A model generated the notes under the pieces. The model saw only the letters and a program-made list of their open reading frames with translations, did no database searches and was not told where the DNA came from. Below are positions 1 through 7,722 of a stretch of 11,185 nt of DNA, piece after piece (the stretch's first letter is position 1; each line of letters opens with the position of its first letter). Position numbers and translations under genes: made by a program. The stretch comes from Promethearchaeota archaeon. GTDB lineage: Archaea; Asgardarchaeota; Lokiarchaeia; Sigyniarchaeales; SOKP01. Location of the stretch: NCBI GenBank assembly GCA_013375475.1, contig JABXKD010000102.1:1-11185 (forward strand). Direction: 5' to 3'.

Positions 1-380
1 CCAAAAATTCCAGTGGATATCGCGGGGAATGCGATAGATTTTAACCCATGCTCGTCCATCAATTTAAGGCTGTTTAAAACTGCGTTCATTAGTTTATTGT
101 CTTCATCGCCTTCTCCCATACGAGGTCCAACAGCGTGGATTACATGTTTAGCCTTTAAATTTCCTCCTGTTGTAATTACTGCACCCCCCACGAATGTACC
201 TCCTATTTTATTACATTCTTCTTGAATTATCGGTCCCCCTTTGCGTCTAATTGCGCCAGCAACTCCGCCACCCAGAATTAACTGAGCGTTCGCTGCGTTA
301 ACAATGGCATCTGTGGCTAGATCTGTTATATCTCCTTGAGTCAGCTTTATTAAAGAATTTTTAACTTTTATTTCTTTCAT
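1..380 (-). CDS. Macrodomain protein (MacroD/YmdB type; ADP-ribose-binding, O-acetyl-ADP-ribose deacetylase-like), 3' end outside the window
   Basis: Not in the ORF track. Manual translation from the ATG at 380-378 gives [49 protein letters not shown]...HVIHAVGP...[13 protein letters not shown], open to the window edge. GDIT, IVNAAN, GGGV, HAVGP and [10 protein letters not shown] are hallmark MacroD motifs. Confidence 0.96.
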   Translation of the reverse strand, partial: MKEIKVKNSLIKLTQGDITDLATDAIVNAANAQLILGGGVAGAIRRKGGPIIQEECNKIGGTFVGGAVITTGGNLKAKHVIHAVGPRMGEGDEDNKLMNAVLNSLKLMDEHGLKSIAFPAISTGIF

Positions 381-405
381 CCAAAACTTAAACTCTTTTA
401 TTATG

Positions 406-414
406 GTTATAAAA
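406..414 (-). promoter_or_regulatory. Putative archaeal TATA box for the macrodomain gene
   Basis: Minus-strand TTTATAA at 413-407, about 27-33 nt upstream of the ATG at 380, which fits a leaderless or short-leader archaeal transcript. The adjacent T-tracts could also terminate the upstream YkgJ gene. Confidence 0.4.
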
Positions 415-432
415 AAAGTATAGAAAAAATAT

Positions 433-1173
433 TTATTCTGGTTGAGGTTCTTGATCTTTCTTTAAAATTTCGTCTAATTTAGCTCGATCTTCGTCGCTCA
501 TTTTACTCATTGCTTGCATATTTTGCCGCATTAAGTCCATCATAACTTTTTGCGAAATCAGCTGACTTAAAACCGGTAACGCAATTCTCATACGAGTTAG
601 TTCGAAGAACATCTGTTTGGCAGTATCTCTCATTTCCGTTAGATCTTCTTTAGTCATTCCTTCTTCGCCTATACCTGGGCATTCGACATCGACTACTGTA
701 TAGTTCTTACCATCGAATTCTAAAGGGTAAGTTCTACAACTCAAAGGGCGATTATCATAAACTAAACATTCCTTTTTCTCTTTATTGTAAAGCGGGCATT
801 TTACTTCTAATAAATCCTCAATGGGAACATTTCCGAATGGATCCCTTGGTTTCTCTTCCTCTCCTTCTTTAGGAGGGGGTGGTAGTGGTTTAAGAACTAA
901 ATCAATTCCTCCGTCAGGTTTACTGTATATGTCCATATAAGGTAAAAAATTAGCTACAACGCCATTCCTTGCCCATAATTCTAAGTCCCAAAAAGTAATG
1001 GGTATTGGCCCTCGAGCAAGGCAGCATTTATCACAACGGGTACATTTAAAAGTAAATTTTGCTTTAGATTCTTCAGATTCAGTTTTTACCTCAGTTTCTT
1101 CTTTTACTTGCTCTTGTTCTTCGACTTCGTCCTTTGCGTCTGATTCTTGTTCATTTTTATTATTTTCCGTCAT
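433..1173 (-). CDS. YkgJ-family (CxxCxxCC) cysteine-cluster protein, putative Zn/Fe-S binding
   Basis: [10 protein letters not shown], then CPLY...[16 protein letters not shown] and a distal CPG, which is the 8-Cys YkgJ pattern. It has an acidic N-terminal tail. Confidence 0.9.
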   Translation of the reverse strand: MTENNKNEQESDAKDEVEEQEQVKEETEVKTESEESKAKFTFKCTRCDKCCLARGPIPITFWDLELWARNGVVANFLPYMDIYSKPDGGIDLVLKPLPPPPKEGEEEKPRDPFGNVPIEDLLEVKCPLYNKEKKECLVYDNRPLSCRTYPLEFDGKNYTVVDVECPGIGEEGMTKEDLTEMRDTAKQMFFELTRMRIALPVLSQLISQKVMMDLMRQNMQAMSKMSDEDRAKLDEILKKDQEPQPE

Positions 1174-1315
1174 TTCTATACACTATTTATGTTTATTTTA
1201 TTATAATTAAATTATTGTTTTTCAATGTGAAGAATAATACTTCGAAAAAAAATTTTATTTTTTTATATGATAGATTGATATGACATTCCTTAAATTTTAG
1301 GTGATTTAGTTTTAT

Positions 1316-1609
1316 TTAATCGAAAAGGGGTAAATAGATTCCATAAAATACTATAGGTAATGCTACCAGGGCAATAATACCTAGAGTTAAGCCTACGATC
1401 GCCATATTTTTAGGCACTTCATCGGTAATTCCGATAATTCCTAATATTATTGCAGCTCCTGGAAAATATGGCCATAAAGGAACAATCAAAATACCAGGAA
1501 ATATACTAATTATCCCGCAAAGTAAAGATAAAATCCCTATTACTCTTAATGTTTTATTAATATTGTTCAATTTTCTCAGGTTTCGAATGATCGTAGTTGA
1601 GTGGATCAA
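1316..1609 (-). CDS. Small integral membrane protein (about 3 TM segments, DUF4190-like)
   Basis: Gly-rich hydrophobic segments (VIGILSLLCGIISIF; GAAIILGIIGI; MAIVGLTLGIIAL) resemble DUF4190-type proteins. The TTG start is bounded by an in-frame TAA at 1627-1625; the exact start is uncertain. Confidence 0.65.
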   Translation of the reverse strand: MIHSTTIIRNLRKLNNINKTLRVIGILSLLCGIISIFPGILIVPLWPYFPGAAIILGIIGITDEVPKNMAIVGLTLGIIALVALPIVFYGIYLPLFD

Positions 1610-1762
1610 TTTAAAAATATGTTCTTATTCTAATAAATTTTTATACTAGCTCTATAATTTTAGCAATTTTGTTCCTTTAAACCCTAAACAACAATATATT
1701 AAAGAATCGTTATCCTACTAAATTTATATTGATCTTTTGATTTTTAATAAAAATTTATTAAA

Positions 1763-1768
1763 AAGGTG
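1763..1768 (+). promoter_or_regulatory. Putative Shine-Dalgarno (AAGGTG)
   Basis: AAGGTG matches the archaeal GGAGGTGA-type SD core and lies 6 nt before ATA-CCA-GGA-CCG. The same hexamer precedes the 8471 gene. Confidence 0.45.
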
Positions 1769-3010
1769 TTAATAATACCAGGACCGGGAATGGATATTAT
1801 TGGAAAGGAAGAAAAAGAAGCGCTTTTGGAAGTTATTGAATCGGGGTATTTATATAGATATGGGGATTTGCAAAATCCTAAGTTTAAGGCAAAGGTTTGG
1901 AACTTAGAACAAGATTTTGCAAACTATGTACAAACAAGTTATGCGTTAGCAGTGAATTCGGGCACTTCCGCTTTATTAACTGCCTTATGGGCTTTAAGGA
2001 TAGGGCCGGGAGACGAGGTTATAGTTCCGGGGTATACTTTTATAGCCAGCATTACTTCAATTATATTTGCTAGAGCCATACCAATCTTAGCTGAAGTAGA
2101 TGAGTCTTTAACACTTGACCCAACAGATGTGAGACGTAAAATTTCGCCTCGCACAAAAGCGATAATGTTAGTTCACATGTTAGGAAACCCTGGGCATTTA
2201 GATGAAATAACTAAAATAGCACAAGAACACAATCTAATTCTAATCGAAGACTGTGCTCAAGCGTTTGGGGCAACTTTTCGCGGTAAATCCGTAGGAACTT
2301 ACGGTAAAATGGGCGCGTTTAGTCTGAATGTTTATAAAACGATCACTGCGGGTGATGGAGGTATGGTTGTAACTGACGATGAAGAATTATATAAAAGAGC
2401 ATTTGCGATTCATGATCAAGGGCATTTACCATTACGACAAGGCGTAGAGCAAGGTAATAGAACTGTTTTAGGACTCAATTTTAGAATGAACGAACTCACT
2501 GCTGCTGTAGCTGGAGCGCAACTAAATAAAATCAATTATATTAAAGAGACGCTTCAAAGCAATAAGAAACATCTAAAATCTATTCTTTCAGAAATCAATG
2601 AAATTAAATTTCGAAGAATCTTGGATGTGGAAGGCGATATAGGGACTCTTTTAACTTTCTTTATGCCAACATTAGAGAGCGCTGAAAAGCTAGCAGAAAA
2701 ATTAAATTGTTCTACTATCGCTAAATCAGGCTGGCATGTCTATAATAATATGGAACACTTTTTGAACCAGAATACCGTAACTGATGAGGGGTGCCCATTT
2801 AAATGCCCATATTACGAAGGAAATTCTATTAAATATAGTAAAGGGATGTTACCTTATACTGATGAATTGCTTAAAAGAGCCATTAATATTAGCGTAGGAG
2901 TGTCTGATGCTGGTCTCGGTTCCAGTTATGGTATTAGAATAAACAGTTCTGAAGAAGAAATTAGATCTAAGGGACAAAAAATAGTAGATTTGATTAAAGA
3001 AAGTCTGTAG
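1766..3010 (+). CDS. PLP-dependent DegT/DnrJ/EryC1/StrS sugar aminotransferase, KdnA-like subgroup
   Basis: Motifs NSGTSAL, IGPGDEVIVPGYTFIAS, IEDCAQA, FSLNVYKTITAGDGG (PLP lysine codon at 2336-2338) and GLNFRMNE. The true start may be at 1775 (ATA) or 1790 (ATG) rather than GTG 1766. Confidence 0.93.
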   Translation: MLIIPGPGMDIIGKEEKEALLEVIESGYLYRYGDLQNPKFKAKVWNLEQDFANYVQTSYALAVNSGTSALLTALWALRIGPGDEVIVPGYTFIASITSIIFARAIPILAEVDESLTLDPTDVRRKISPRTKAIMLVHMLGNPGHLDEITKIAQEHNLILIEDCAQAFGATFRGKSVGTYGKMGAFSLNVYKTITAGDGGMVVTDDEELYKRAFAIHDQGHLPLRQGVEQGNRTVLGLNFRMNELTAAVAGAQLNKINYIKETLQSNKKHLKSILSEINEIKFRRILDVEGDIGTLLTFFMPTLESAEKLAEKLNCSTIAKSGWHVYNNMEHFLNQNTVTDEGCPFKCPYYEGNSIKYSKGMLPYTDELLKRAINISVGVSDAGLGSSYGIRINSSEEEIRSKGQKIVDLIKESL

Positions 3011-3103
3011 TTAATGAGTTCTATAACAAATAATCTTAAATATTATTAACATTTAACTTTTGCATCTAGTTTCTAAGGAATTAATCAATAATCTCTGGTC
3101 ATA

Positions 3104-4174
3104 ATGAAGATAAATTTTGCTAATAAATACGTAGTTTGGGTCGTATTATCCATAATTCTGATTTTAGGTTTTATACTTGGTATTTTCATATCTCTTCTTG
3201 CTTCAGATTTAAGTAGTATTATTCGATTTATCACAATCGTTTTTTTATTCATCGTTCAAGCCTATTTAATAGTAAAGTTTATCGGGACGAGATTAGAAAA
3301 CAAGCAGAAATTTGGCATTATATTATATCATTCGTTAAATTTACTGTTCACTGTCGTAATAGGATTTTCCATTCCGTTAATGGAATCTGATTTTAGAAAT
3401 AATACCGGGCTAGTAATGCTTCCAATGATTTTGATATTAGGGTTAATTATAACCGATAAATACGATAAAAATATTAAAAATATTACTTACGATCAAAACT
3501 TAGAAGAAAGTAAAACTCGCGATATCCCGGTTATTGAGTTTGAAGATAAAAAATACATATTCACCTTAAAATCGTTATTGCTATTTGCAATTGGAACACC
3601 TCTATTAGCTTTAGGAATATACCTATTTTTTAGTACCGAAGCACAATTTTGGTTGCACGAAATTGTAGTCAAACAAACCGTATATTTCCTCAATTTATTC
3701 TTTAATATGGATGTGTCTGCAAGTTATGCTCTTGGTGGCAATTATCATTGGAGTTTTGACTTTCTTGACGGCAACATCAACGGCGATCCGTTATCGAGTA
3801 TTTTCTTTGAGACCTTTTGTACGGGAATTCAAGCAATTTGTATTTTTGCGGGTATTATAATATGTACGCCCCATTCTAGAGACAAGAATACAAATAAAGA
3901 TATTATTTGGAGAAAGGCTAAAGCGCTAGTCGTTTCATCCGTCATATTCTACGTCGTAAATATCATTAGGATGTTAATTCAAATTGAATTATACTATCTC
4001 GGCTATCCATGGGATAGTATTCACGTATCTATCAGTGCCGCGAGCTCGTTTATTGCAGCTATAATCATTCTTTTGCTTCATAAGTGGATTCCCGAGTTCA
4101 TCATAAGTATCATTTATATTGGTACTTTGATTAGCAATAAGTTCAAAAAGCGAAAAAACCCAAAAGAAGAATAG
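3104..4174 (+). CDS. Archaeosortase/exosortase-family transpeptidase with an extra N-terminal 4-TM domain (archaeosortase H-like)
   Basis: Polytopic membrane protein with the exosortase Cys-Arg-His triad: FCTG (Cys239), NIIR (Arg289) and SIH (His307). About 120 aa of additional N-terminal TM helices precede the catalytic region. Confidence 0.85.
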   Translation: MKINFANKYVVWVVLSIILILGFILGIFISLLASDLSSIIRFITIVFLFIVQAYLIVKFIGTRLENKQKFGIILYHSLNLLFTVVIGFSIPLMESDFRNNTGLVMLPMILILGLIITDKYDKNIKNITYDQNLEESKTRDIPVIEFEDKKYIFTLKSLLLFAIGTPLLALGIYLFFSTEAQFWLHEIVVKQTVYFLNLFFNMDVSASYALGGNYHWSFDFLDGNINGDPLSSIFFETFCTGIQAICIFAGIIICTPHSRDKNTNKDIIWRKAKALVVSSVIFYVVNIIRMLIQIELYYLGYPWDSIHVSISAASSFIAAIIILLLHKWIPEFIISIIYIGTLISNKFKKRKNPKEE

Positions 4175-4219
4175 TAATGTTTTAATGATACTAATTGTTC
4201 ACCTAATCAAATTTTTTTA

Positions 4220-5131
4220 ATGATTAATATGCTAAATTTTGAAAAAGAGCAAAAAGTAGTAGATATTGGACCTATTCGCATGGGAGGTCAACCCGGAGAA
4301 AATCCCGTAGTGATGATTGCTACTGTTTTCTATACTAAACACGCTGCTTTATTAGACGAAAAAACGGGTAAAATAGATAAAAAACTCCTTGAACAAGAAT
4401 TACACGATTATTCAGAAGTCATCGAAGAAACTGGAATGCAAGGGATAATTGATGTAGTTGGAGCTTATCCCGATGCTCTATTGAAAGAATGTCAATTTGT
4501 AGCCGATATCGTCGATTATCCCTTCTTAGTTGATGGTCTTAACGATAGTTCGCGAATTCCAGCGATGGAAGGGTTAAAAGAAGTGGGGCTTTTGGACAGA
4601 GCTATTTTAAACAGCATAGACGAAGCTACTTCGGAAGACAGTTTGAATAGATTAAAAGAAATTGGAGTAAAATCCGCTGTTCTATTAACTTTTGGAAATA
4701 GGTATATATTTCCCCCCCAAAAAATACAATTTCTAAATGAAGTTCTAATCCCCAAAGCACAAAAAGCAAATATTGAAAATATGATTGTGGACACCGCAGT
4801 ATTAGATTTACCGTCTATTGGGATTAATGTTGAAACTACTCGATTGGTAAAATCTGAATTAGGATTACCTACCGGATTTGCTCCAGCTAATGCGATTTAT
4901 GGATGGGATTTCGTTAAAAAGTACGGTGATAAATCTAGATGTGGCGGAATTGCTTCATTAATGGCGTATTGTGTTAATGCTGGAAGCGATTTTGTGCTAT
5001 TTGGACCTATTAAATTTGCTAAATGTGTTATTCCTGCTATGGCTCTCATATCCGGAATAAATTCGTATTATCGTAAACGAATTCTAAGGAAAAAAATTTC
5101 GGATCGAACCCCATTGAAGCACATATTTTAA
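4220..5131 (+). CDS. mtrH: MtrH-family methyltransferase (tetrahydromethanopterin/tetrahydrofolate:corrinoid methyltransferase), stand-alone
   Basis: N-terminal FEKEQKVVDIGPIRMGGQPGENP...FY..H, then EVGLLDRAILNS, GLPTG..PAN...W, GSDFVLFGPI and a C-terminal PLKHIF, all matching MtrH/MtxH. The start is possibly ATG 4229. Confidence 0.88.
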   Translation: MINMLNFEKEQKVVDIGPIRMGGQPGENPVVMIATVFYTKHAALLDEKTGKIDKKLLEQELHDYSEVIEETGMQGIIDVVGAYPDALLKECQFVADIVDYPFLVDGLNDSSRIPAMEGLKEVGLLDRAILNSIDEATSEDSLNRLKEIGVKSAVLLTFGNRYIFPPQKIQFLNEVLIPKAQKANIENMIVDTAVLDLPSIGINVETTRLVKSELGLPTGFAPANAIYGWDFVKKYGDKSRCGGIASLMAYCVNAGSDFVLFGPIKFAKCVIPAMALISGINSYYRKRILRKKISDRTPLKHIF

Positions 5132-6651
5132 GAAATGTATCTGATCAGAAGATCTTGGGTACGTTTTAAGAATTCTTGTAGATTTTGATTAATTAGATCT
5201 TTCTTGTTTTCTTCATCTAATAGAAAAAGAACGTACATATCGTAATTTAACACGCGTATTTTTTTAAACAAAATAACTGAATCTGAAACTTTAAATGTCG
5301 CTTCATCTTTTTCTGTGGCTTTAAAATTAGCAAATATTTTAAATAACATAGTAAATTGAGGTGCCACGACTTCAAATACGTTCAATAAGTCCTCGGATTT
5401 TTCCATTTCAGTGATTTTCAAAGCCTTAGGTCTAAACGATTCTGCCAATACTAATCCGTCACTGCTAAGGAGGAGAATTAAAAAAGCACCTGTTGTCGTC
5501 GAAAATTCTTCAAGATTATGTTCAACTAAGTTCCTATTTGGACTGAGTTTAGCTACTCCCGAAGAAAAGGCTCTTAAAATAGAGAAGATCTCAAAAAGAC
5601 TCGTAATATAGATTTCAGGTGGGCCATCTTGAGATAATTTAGTTAATTTATTCGTTATGCTTTTTATGTTGCTTTTAATTTCTTTAGATTCAATTATATC
5701 AGAATCACCTTTTGATAATACATAAATAATTGGTGTATTCTGTTCTAAATCCGATAGCGCTTTTTTCATCTTATTAAGATATTCTAGGCTTTCTTCAAAG
5801 CGATCCCTATCTCTGATGTCTATAAAATAGAATAGTAAATCTGCTTCAAATAGATAAATTTGAGCTTTATTAAGATACTTTTCATGGTACTTCTTTTGTC
5901 CCCCTAAATCCCATAAAAAAATGGTTGCACCTAGCGCTTCTATTGAACTCACATCTGCACCTCTGGTCGGGCTTAGTCCAATCAACTTTGAGAATTTTCT
6001 GTCAACTGAAAGCAAAAAACTTGTTTTTCCACTATTATCCAAACCAGCGATCAAAATCTTCATTTTTCTCTGGGAAGATATCGGTGTGGAGGGCGTTTCT
6101 TCAATAGTGATAATTTTTTTTAAAAGTCCATTAAAATCTGACTCAACCTGTTCTTGTGGGGGAAATTCAGTAATCATTTTTTTATCAAATTCAGAAAAAA
6201 AATCTATTACAATGTTTTTAAGCCTATTTATGTTGTTATAGAGAAAACTTCTCCTCTTCTCGTCTATCAAAATACAGAAAGCGCTCGCTGTTGGGATTTC
6301 AGTTGATTCTATATCGATAAAGTGAAAGTAAGTAAGAGATGTTAGTTGAAGATCTGGAAAGGGAATAATTCCGAAGTATTGGTATTTTCTCAAAATCTCA
6401 ATTTCTTTGTTATATACAGCTCCGTCCCCTATTAAGAGAGATATATTTTTGATAGCTATCTGAATGTAATCCCTCAAAGAGATAGTAAGTATATTGTCAG
6501 CTTTATCCTCTGTTTTTTTAATTTCTAATTCCTCCATCTCTAAAGGAGGAGGAAACATGTAAATTGGTTGAGGACCTAGTGTATCGAAAGCGCAAAAGGC
6601 TAGTCCTTTGATGATTGAAGATTCAATTAATTTATTGAAATTTTTTTTCAA
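5128..6651 (-). CDS. Multidomain small GTPase: N-terminal longin/uDENN-like domain + Arf/Rag-like GTPase + C-terminal roadblock-like domain
   Basis: G1 GLDNSGKTS, G2 PTRG, G3 WDLGGQ, G4 SKGD, G5 TSLFE. The C-terminal LLLSSDGLVLAE is a roadblock signature, and the N-terminal AFCAFDTLGPQPIYMFP resembles uDENN/longin beta1-beta2. TTG start. Confidence 0.85.
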   Translation of the reverse strand: MKKNFNKLIESSIIKGLAFCAFDTLGPQPIYMFPPPLEMEELEIKKTEDKADNILTISLRDYIQIAIKNISLLIGDGAVYNKEIEILRKYQYFGIIPFPDLQLTSLTYFHFIDIESTEIPTASAFCILIDEKRRSFLYNNINRLKNIVIDFFSEFDKKMITEFPPQEQVESDFNGLLKKIITIEETPSTPISSQRKMKILIAGLDNSGKTSFLLSVDRKFSKLIGLSPTRGADVSSIEALGATIFLWDLGGQKKYHEKYLNKAQIYLFEADLLFYFIDIRDRDRFEESLEYLNKMKKALSDLEQNTPIIYVLSKGDSDIIESKEIKSNIKSITNKLTKLSQDGPPEIYITSLFEIFSILRAFSSGVAKLSPNRNLVEHNLEEFSTTTGAFLILLLSSDGLVLAESFRPKALKITEMEKSEDLLNVFEVVAPQFTMLFKIFANFKATEKDEATFKVSDSVILFKKIRVLNYDMYVLFLLDEENKKDLINQNLQEFLKRTQDLLIRYIS

Positions 6652-6699
6652 TAGTCTGGAGTTTCTTGTATATTATTTTCTAATAATAAAAGGTAGGAA

Positions 6700-6716
6700 A
6701 TTTAATTATATATAGC
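6700..6716. promoter_or_regulatory. Candidate TATA element(s) in the divergent intergenic region between the GTPase fusion and the AIR-synthase-like gene
   Basis: ATTTAATTATATATAGC lies about 20-33 nt upstream of ATG 6734. It is near-symmetric, so it could serve both directions in this 82-bp gap. Confidence 0.35.
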
Positions 6717-6733
6717 TTTATTCTAGAACATTA

Positions 6734-7693
6734 ATGCTAGAAAAAATTGCAGACTATATACGAACCAACAAAATTATTCTTGAAAAAGAAGAGCTTAATC
6801 CTATTGTCCGATTCATTAGCACAAACTCTTTTAAGAGTCCTCGTATCTTTTCCGACGTAGGACAAGATTCTGCTGCCATTGATAACAAGAGTGAAATGTA
6901 CACCTTGGTTACAACGGATAGGATTAAAACAAGCTACATTGAAAAATATCCTTTCGGTGCAGGATTTAGTTCTATCTTAGTTGGAGTTGATGATATTTTT
7001 GCTTGTGGAGGGACACCATTAGCTGCAACCATCATTATTTCCTTTAAAGAACAAAACATCGGCCAAAAAATGATTGAAGGGATTTGTAACGGTTCAAACA
7101 AGTTTAAAGTTCCTATAATTAGAGGTCATACTAATACAAAAGATTATTACGAGTTAAGCTCCACTTTAATTGGTGAAATTAAAAGGACAGATTATATTCC
7201 AGCAGATAACGCCCGAGAAAACGATAATATTATTTTAGCAGTAGATTTTGATGGTCAAATAGGGAGAGCTAGTAATCTACATTGGGACACAGTTACGCAC
7301 AAATCTTCTAAAGTCGTATTAAACAAAAGGTTAGCTATGAACATCATCGCTAAAGAACATCTTGTTAACTCTTCAAAAGACGTGTCAAACGGAGGGATTT
7401 TCGGTACAATTTTACAGCTGTTAAAATATTCTAATGTCGGAGCAGATATCAATGTTGAAAAGATCGTTATTCCTCCTAAACTAGTAGAAAAGGGTTATCA
7501 ACTAGAAACCTATGTTCAAATGTTTTTAACCACTTCTTATATTTTAACTGCACCAGAAAAAACATCTCAGGAAGTAATAAAGACTTTCAACAATCATGAC
7601 ATGTCAGCTGCTTTAATTGGAAGGATTAGAAATGAATCGGAATTAAATATTGCTGATAGTAAAGATTCAATGAAAGTTTTAGAATTTTTATGA
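6734..7693 (+). CDS. AIR synthase-related (PurM/ThiL superfamily) protein, methanogenesis marker 2 / sll0787-like
   Basis: Motifs GQDSAAI, TTD, GFSSILVGVDDIFACGGTPLA, IIRGHT and SSKDVSNGGIFGTI, which follow the PurM-like ATP-binding pattern of this subfamily. Confidence 0.82.
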   Translation: MLEKIADYIRTNKIILEKEELNPIVRFISTNSFKSPRIFSDVGQDSAAIDNKSEMYTLVTTDRIKTSYIEKYPFGAGFSSILVGVDDIFACGGTPLAATIIISFKEQNIGQKMIEGICNGSNKFKVPIIRGHTNTKDYYELSSTLIGEIKRTDYIPADNARENDNIILAVDFDGQIGRASNLHWDTVTHKSSKVVLNKRLAMNIIAKEHLVNSSKDVSNGGIFGTILQLLKYSNVGADINVEKIVIPPKLVEKGYQLETYVQMFLTTSYILTAPEKTSQEVIKTFNNHDMSAALIGRIRNESELNIADSKDSMKVLEFL

Positions 7694-7722
7694 TAAAGAG
7701 GACAAAAAAAAGTTGATATTTT

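Noticed and set aside
13-225. ORF-track 70-aa plus-strand ORF
   Set aside because: Antisense shadow of the clear macrodomain gene on the minus strand.
1174-1765. ncRNA, CRISPR or IS ends in the AT-rich intergenic stretches
   Set aside because: No regularly spaced repeats, GC-rich structured stems, tRNA cloverleaf or terminal inverted repeats were seen.
4220-7693. Methanogen origin suggested by mtrH and the marker-2-like gene
   Set aside because: No other mtr or mcr genes are present, and the roadblock-fused small GTPases and longin-like domain point to Asgard archaea.
6734-7696. Possible SelD, or selenocysteine read-through at TGA 7691-7693
   Set aside because: The protein lacks the N-terminal Cys/Sec-x-x-Lys motif of SelD, and the TGA is followed immediately by an in-frame TAA.
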